Below, in pieces: positions 60,799 through 64,000 of a stretch of 64,000 nt of DNA. The DNA comes from Armatimonadota bacterium (GTDB lineage: Bacteria > Armatimonadota > SYMT01), in NCBI GenBank assembly GCA_041690135.1, contig JAWLHY010000006.1, positions 294,337 to 358,336 of the forward strand. Reading direction: 5' to 3'. Numbering within the stretch: the stretch's first letter is position 1; each line of letters begins with the position of its first letter. Below the pieces are notes generated by a model. The model was given only the letters and a program-made list of their open reading frames with translations. It was not told the origin of the DNA and ran no database searches. Made by a program: the position numbers and the translations under genes.

Positions 60799-61578
60799 AT
60801 GCAGCAGAGACTGGAAAACGAGAACCTGGAGAGCAGCGGCTACACGCCGGAGGAGTACCGGGAAGTCGTGCGCCGGGCGCAAAAGATCCGGGCGGAGCAA
60901 GAGGGAAGGCTCACCCACGAGCAGTTGGCGGAGAGCGCCGCGGAGGTCGGCATCCGGGAGGAGGACCTCCGCGAGGCCGCCCGGCAACTGCGCGAGGAGA
61001 AACGGCAGCAGGAGTTAGCGCAGCGGGAGCAGGTCGAACGCCGGAAGAAGCAGGGCCTCATTTCCGCCGCCGTCGCCGGGTTCCTCGGCCTTTCCATGCT
61101 CTTTACGTACAACGGACTGAACGCCGAGTACCACGACGCCCGCCAGGCCCGTGCCAACCTCCAGAGCGCCCTGCAGCGGCGCGCGGACGTGGTTCCCCAG
61201 ATCGCCCGCGCCGTCCGCGAAGGAGCCGCCCAGGAGAAGGCGCTGGTCGACCGCCTCACCCAGGCCCAGAATAAGCTGCAGTCCGGAGATGTGGCCGCGC
61301 AGATGGAGGCCAGCCGGGAGCTAAGCGAGATCGGTTCGCAGGTCGGCAGCAATCCGCAGCTTCGCGGTTCATCGCTCTATCAGGACCTCACGGCGAGCCT
61401 GGAAGGCAGCGAGAACCGCATCAACGTGGCCCGCTCCCGCTACAACGAGCAGGCCGCCGAGTACAACGAGGCCGTTTCCGGTTTCCCCGGCAGCCTGGTG
61501 CGGCCCCTCACCGGCCTGCCCGCGGAAGTGCCTCTCTTCGAGGCCTCGGCCGAAGCCACCGCTCCACCCAAGCTCTAA
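60799..61578 (+). CDS. LemA family protein with N-terminal helical extension
   Basis: YNGL...LQRRADVVP and NPQLRGS..YQDL..SLEGSENRINVARSRYNEQA..YN....FP motifs. Confidence 0.88.
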   Translation: MQQRLENENLESSGYTPEEYREVVRRAQKIRAEQEGRLTHEQLAESAAEVGIREEDLREAARQLREEKRQQELAQREQVERRKKQGLISAAVAGFLGLSMLFTYNGLNAEYHDARQARANLQSALQRRADVVPQIARAVREGAAQEKALVDRLTQAQNKLQSGDVAAQMEASRELSEIGSQVGSNPQLRGSSLYQDLTASLEGSENRINVARSRYNEQAAEYNEAVSGFPGSLVRPLTGLPAEVPLFEASAEATAPPKL

Positions 61579-61596
61579 CGGGACAACTCGCCGCGC

Positions 61597-61912
61597 ATGT
61601 TCCGCTTACCAGGAGTCCACTCGGCACAGCGGCAGGGGAGGCTCCTGGTAAGCGGGACGTATTCTGTCCTTGCACCCGCAAAAGCAGGGCGGAATCTCCG
61701 TGCCCGCCTGGCTCTGGCCTTGTACTGGTGCTGCCGTGAGGGACGCCACTGGCGCCGATGAAGGCGAACCCGGCAGGCAACTGCGAGCCAGGGCTGGGCA
61801 CTCACGGACTGCCAAACAAGGGGTTGCACTGCGGAGCAAGGGGGCTCTTGTCGTCGCGGGTCACCGGGATCGCCAGTTCCGGATGCAAGTCGGGAGCGGC
61901 GCAGTGCAACCC
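61597..61912 (+). mobile_element. Structured non-coding element, copy B (IS110 bridge-RNA-like, no transposase)
   Basis: Homologous to 49047-49148. Long stems TCCGCTTACCAGGAGTC/GGCTCCTGGTAAGCGGG and GGGTTGCACTGCG/CGCAGTGCAACCC. Confidence 0.5.
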
Positions 61913-61942
61913 GTACGGGCGTATGCCTGCGCACGAATTATT

Positions 61943-61967
61943 TCGGCTGCAGTCCAACTGCAGCCGA
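61943..61967. terminator. Hairpin between convergent lemA and mraZ-like genes
   Basis: TCGGCTGCAG-TCCAA-CTGCAGCCGA. Confidence 0.5.
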
Positions 61968-61997
61968 TCAGTGCGGGTGCCCAAAGGGGCTGCGGAG

Positions 61998-62049
61998 CAC
62001 CCGAACACCCGAACACCCGAACACCCGAACACCCGAACACCCGAACACC
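61998..62049 (+). repeat. 8-bp tandem repeat (CACCCGAA)x6
   Basis: Six perfect copies read directly from the sequence. Confidence 0.95.
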
Positions 62050-62053
62050 TACC

Positions 62054-62857
62054 TCACGCCTCGGCAGGTTCTTCCGGACGGCGAACCCGCCGTTTGCCCT
62101 TGGGGCGGAGCTCTTCCAGCCGCCAGAAGACGTCTTCCAGGCTCCGGAACTGCTGGATTCCGTCGTCGATCGGCAAGTCGGATTCCCCGATCACCCAAAC
62201 GGGAATGTTCCGTTCCAGGCGCTGGCTGCGGGTCAGCGTTTGCAGGAGACCCATGGCCGGCTCGGTTTCGCCGGTGTCCCGCACGTCCAGCACAATCACC
62301 GGCGGCGCCTCATCCATCAGTTTGAGGACGGTGTTCGTCAGGCGGCGGACCGCCCGCCCCTGCATGCGACCCCGGCACTGGACCACCGGTAACCCCATGG
62401 GACGCCGGGTCTTCTGCGTGTAGGGCTGGGTCTCCGTCAGCTTCGGTACGTCGAGATCCAGGTCGAGCTGCCCCAGGCTGGGGAAGTCTCCCGCCTTCAG
62501 GTGCTGCTCCCAGCGGTCTCGCTTGGCTACCTGGACGGCGCGCCCGATACCGCTGATGGTGACCTCGTCCATCGGCCGCAGCTCGGCGTAATCCCGCAGC
62601 ACATGGGGAATCAGGAAACGGCCGGTCGTTTCGTCCACCGGGCACTCCACGGCGGCCGAAAGATAGTATCCGCGGAAGAGGACGCTGTGTTCGTAACGCT
62701 GAACCAGAGCTTCCCACTGCGGTGCGGACAGCGCCAGGAGGCACTGGCCGGGTGCGCGCGTCAATACGAACGGTGCGCCAAGCTGCGTGCGGAACTGCGC
62801 AGGCATCACCACCCGACCCTTGCGGTCCATACCGTAAATGTAGGTACCGGACAACAA
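62054..62857 (-). CDS. MraZ-like transcriptional regulator fused to a C-terminal STAS-like domain
   Basis: SGTYIYGMDRKGRVVMPAQFR and VDETTGRFLIPHVLRDYAEL...SGIG (two SpoVT/AbrB repeats). C-terminal VVQCRGRM...VIVLDVRD...IQQFRSLEDV. TTG start with GAGG RBS. Confidence 0.8.
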   Translation of the reverse strand: MLSGTYIYGMDRKGRVVMPAQFRTQLGAPFVLTRAPGQCLLALSAPQWEALVQRYEHSVLFRGYYLSAAVECPVDETTGRFLIPHVLRDYAELRPMDEVTISGIGRAVQVAKRDRWEQHLKAGDFPSLGQLDLDLDVPKLTETQPYTQKTRRPMGLPVVQCRGRMQGRAVRRLTNTVLKLMDEAPPVIVLDVRDTGETEPAMGLLQTLTRSQRLERNIPVWVIGESDLPIDDGIQQFRSLEDVFWRLEELRPKGKRRVRRPEEPAEA

Positions 62858-63280
62858 CGCTTTTGCCCTCGCTTGCTTTGATCGATGCAGGGTCGCCCAC
62901 CGGGGCCGGCGCACTTCGCCGGGCCGCCGGCCTACCGACCGCCTTCAAGAGTCACATGTCGGTTGGTCCCCGGACCGGCAGAGAGTCGCCGATTCGATTC
63001 TACCTCAACTCCTCGTCCTGTATAAGCCCAAGGGCCTACCGGATGGCCGTCCGGGCCTTTGACACGATCAGACACCGGATTCCCCAGGCTGACCCGGCAT
63101 CCATCGCGGATTCCGAACCAGGTGGGTGTATCCCTGGCCGGACCCGCGACTTGCGCTGGAAATCCATGACGCCGGCGCGAATCCTGCGTATACCATGCGG
63201 GCGCGCTTCTGAGCCAGCCCGAGGAGGAGCCCACAACCTCCCGGCAGAATTCACTCACAGCGTTCAGGAAAGGATTGAAC

Positions 63281-64000
63281 ATGAATCGAAGGGAATTTGC
63301 GCTGTCCATGGTCGGCGGCGCGCTCGTATCCACCGGGATCCTCAACCGCTCCGAGGCCGCCGGCAAAAAGAAGGTGATTGCCATCACCCATGCCGGGGGC
63401 TTCAAACACAGCTCCCGTCCGGTCGCCGCGGAGACGGTCCGGACCCTGGGGGCGAAGACCGGGCAGTGGGAAGTGGTTGATGTGCTCGACACGCAGGAGA
63501 AGGTCGCAGCCGGCATCACCGCCGACACTCTGAAGAACATCGACATGGTCTTCTTCGCCAACACCACGGGCGACATCGGGATCACCCCGGAAGGCAAGAC
63601 TGCCTTCTATAGCTGGATCCGCGGCGGCGGGGCCTACGCGGGTGTCCACAGCGCGGGGGACACCTACCACGGCGACGCGGACTACCTGGACCTGGTGCGC
63701 GGCGAGTTCCAGACCCACGGACCGCAGAAGACGGTCGAAATCTTCGTGCAGGACCCCAAGCACCCGGCCTGCCAGGAACTTCCCGCCTCGTTCACCATCC
63801 ACGACGAGATCTACGAATTCAAGAATTGGGAACGGGCGCGCGTCCACGTGCTCCTCAGCATGCACAAGCACCCGCAGAAGGACGAGCAGGGCGACTTCCC
63901 CGTGGCGTGGACCAACCGGGTCGGCAAGGGACGGATGTTCTACACCTCGTTGGGGCACCGCGAGGACGTGTACCAGAACGAGCTCTACCTCAAGCACCTG
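63281..64000 (+). CDS. Tat-exported ThuA-like domain protein (runs off window edge)
   Basis: Manual translation: MNRREFALS..., GFKHSS, FANTTGD, GVHSAGDT, HDEIY.F, PVAW...GKGRMFYTSLGH. Confidence 0.9.
   Translation, partial: MNRREFALSMVGGALVSTGILNRSEAAGKKKVIAITHAGGFKHSSRPVAAETVRTLGAKTGQWEVVDVLDTQEKVAAGITADTLKNIDMVFFANTTGDIGITPEGKTAFYSWIRGGGAYAGVHSAGDTYHGDADYLDLVRGEFQTHGPQKTVEIFVQDPKHPACQELPASFTIHDEIYEFKNWERARVHVLLSMHKHPQKDEQGDFPVAWTNRVGKGRMFYTSLGHREDVYQNELYLKHL

Noticed and set aside
62054-62857. Start of the dcw cluster (canonical mraZ)
   Set aside because: No rsmH, ftsL or ftsI downstream and the protein has an extra domain, so the gene symbol is withheld.

Overview
GC-rich bacterial chromosomal window of about 50 genes, with no rRNA, tRNA, CRISPR array or intact transposase visible. 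The gene content (PyrR attenuation, DUF1559 prepilins, Tat-exported ThuA, Gfo/Idh/MocA and sugar-isomerase proteins, AMIN amidase) suggests Armatimonadota; this is inference. It opens with pyrB (partial) and pyrR with a PyrR attenuator. Next come secreted beta-helix and beta-propeller proteins, a GH13 amylase, a Tm-1-like gene pair, carbohydrate and envelope genes, mscL and a sigma-70 factor. Then an atypical secretin and prepilins, a GH78 rhamnosidase, an amidase, a patch of small hypothetical and decayed genes, glycosylation genes, nagA, TPM/LemA and an MraZ-STAS fusion. Most notable: (1) a minus-strand cassette at 39.9-43.0 kb of an ECF sigma/membrane-domain fusion, an 8-Cys secreted miniprotein, a prepilin and a single-Cys thioredoxin-fold protein. 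It sits behind two identical back-to-back promoter-like motifs, the second facing a ~90-nt candidate sRNA. (2) Two diverged, covarying copies of a structured non-coding element resembling IS110 bridge-RNA ends, with no transposase. (3) An orphan MraZ-STAS fusion. (4) Several dispersed repeat families. All product calls come from motifs recognised by eye; no database searches were run.
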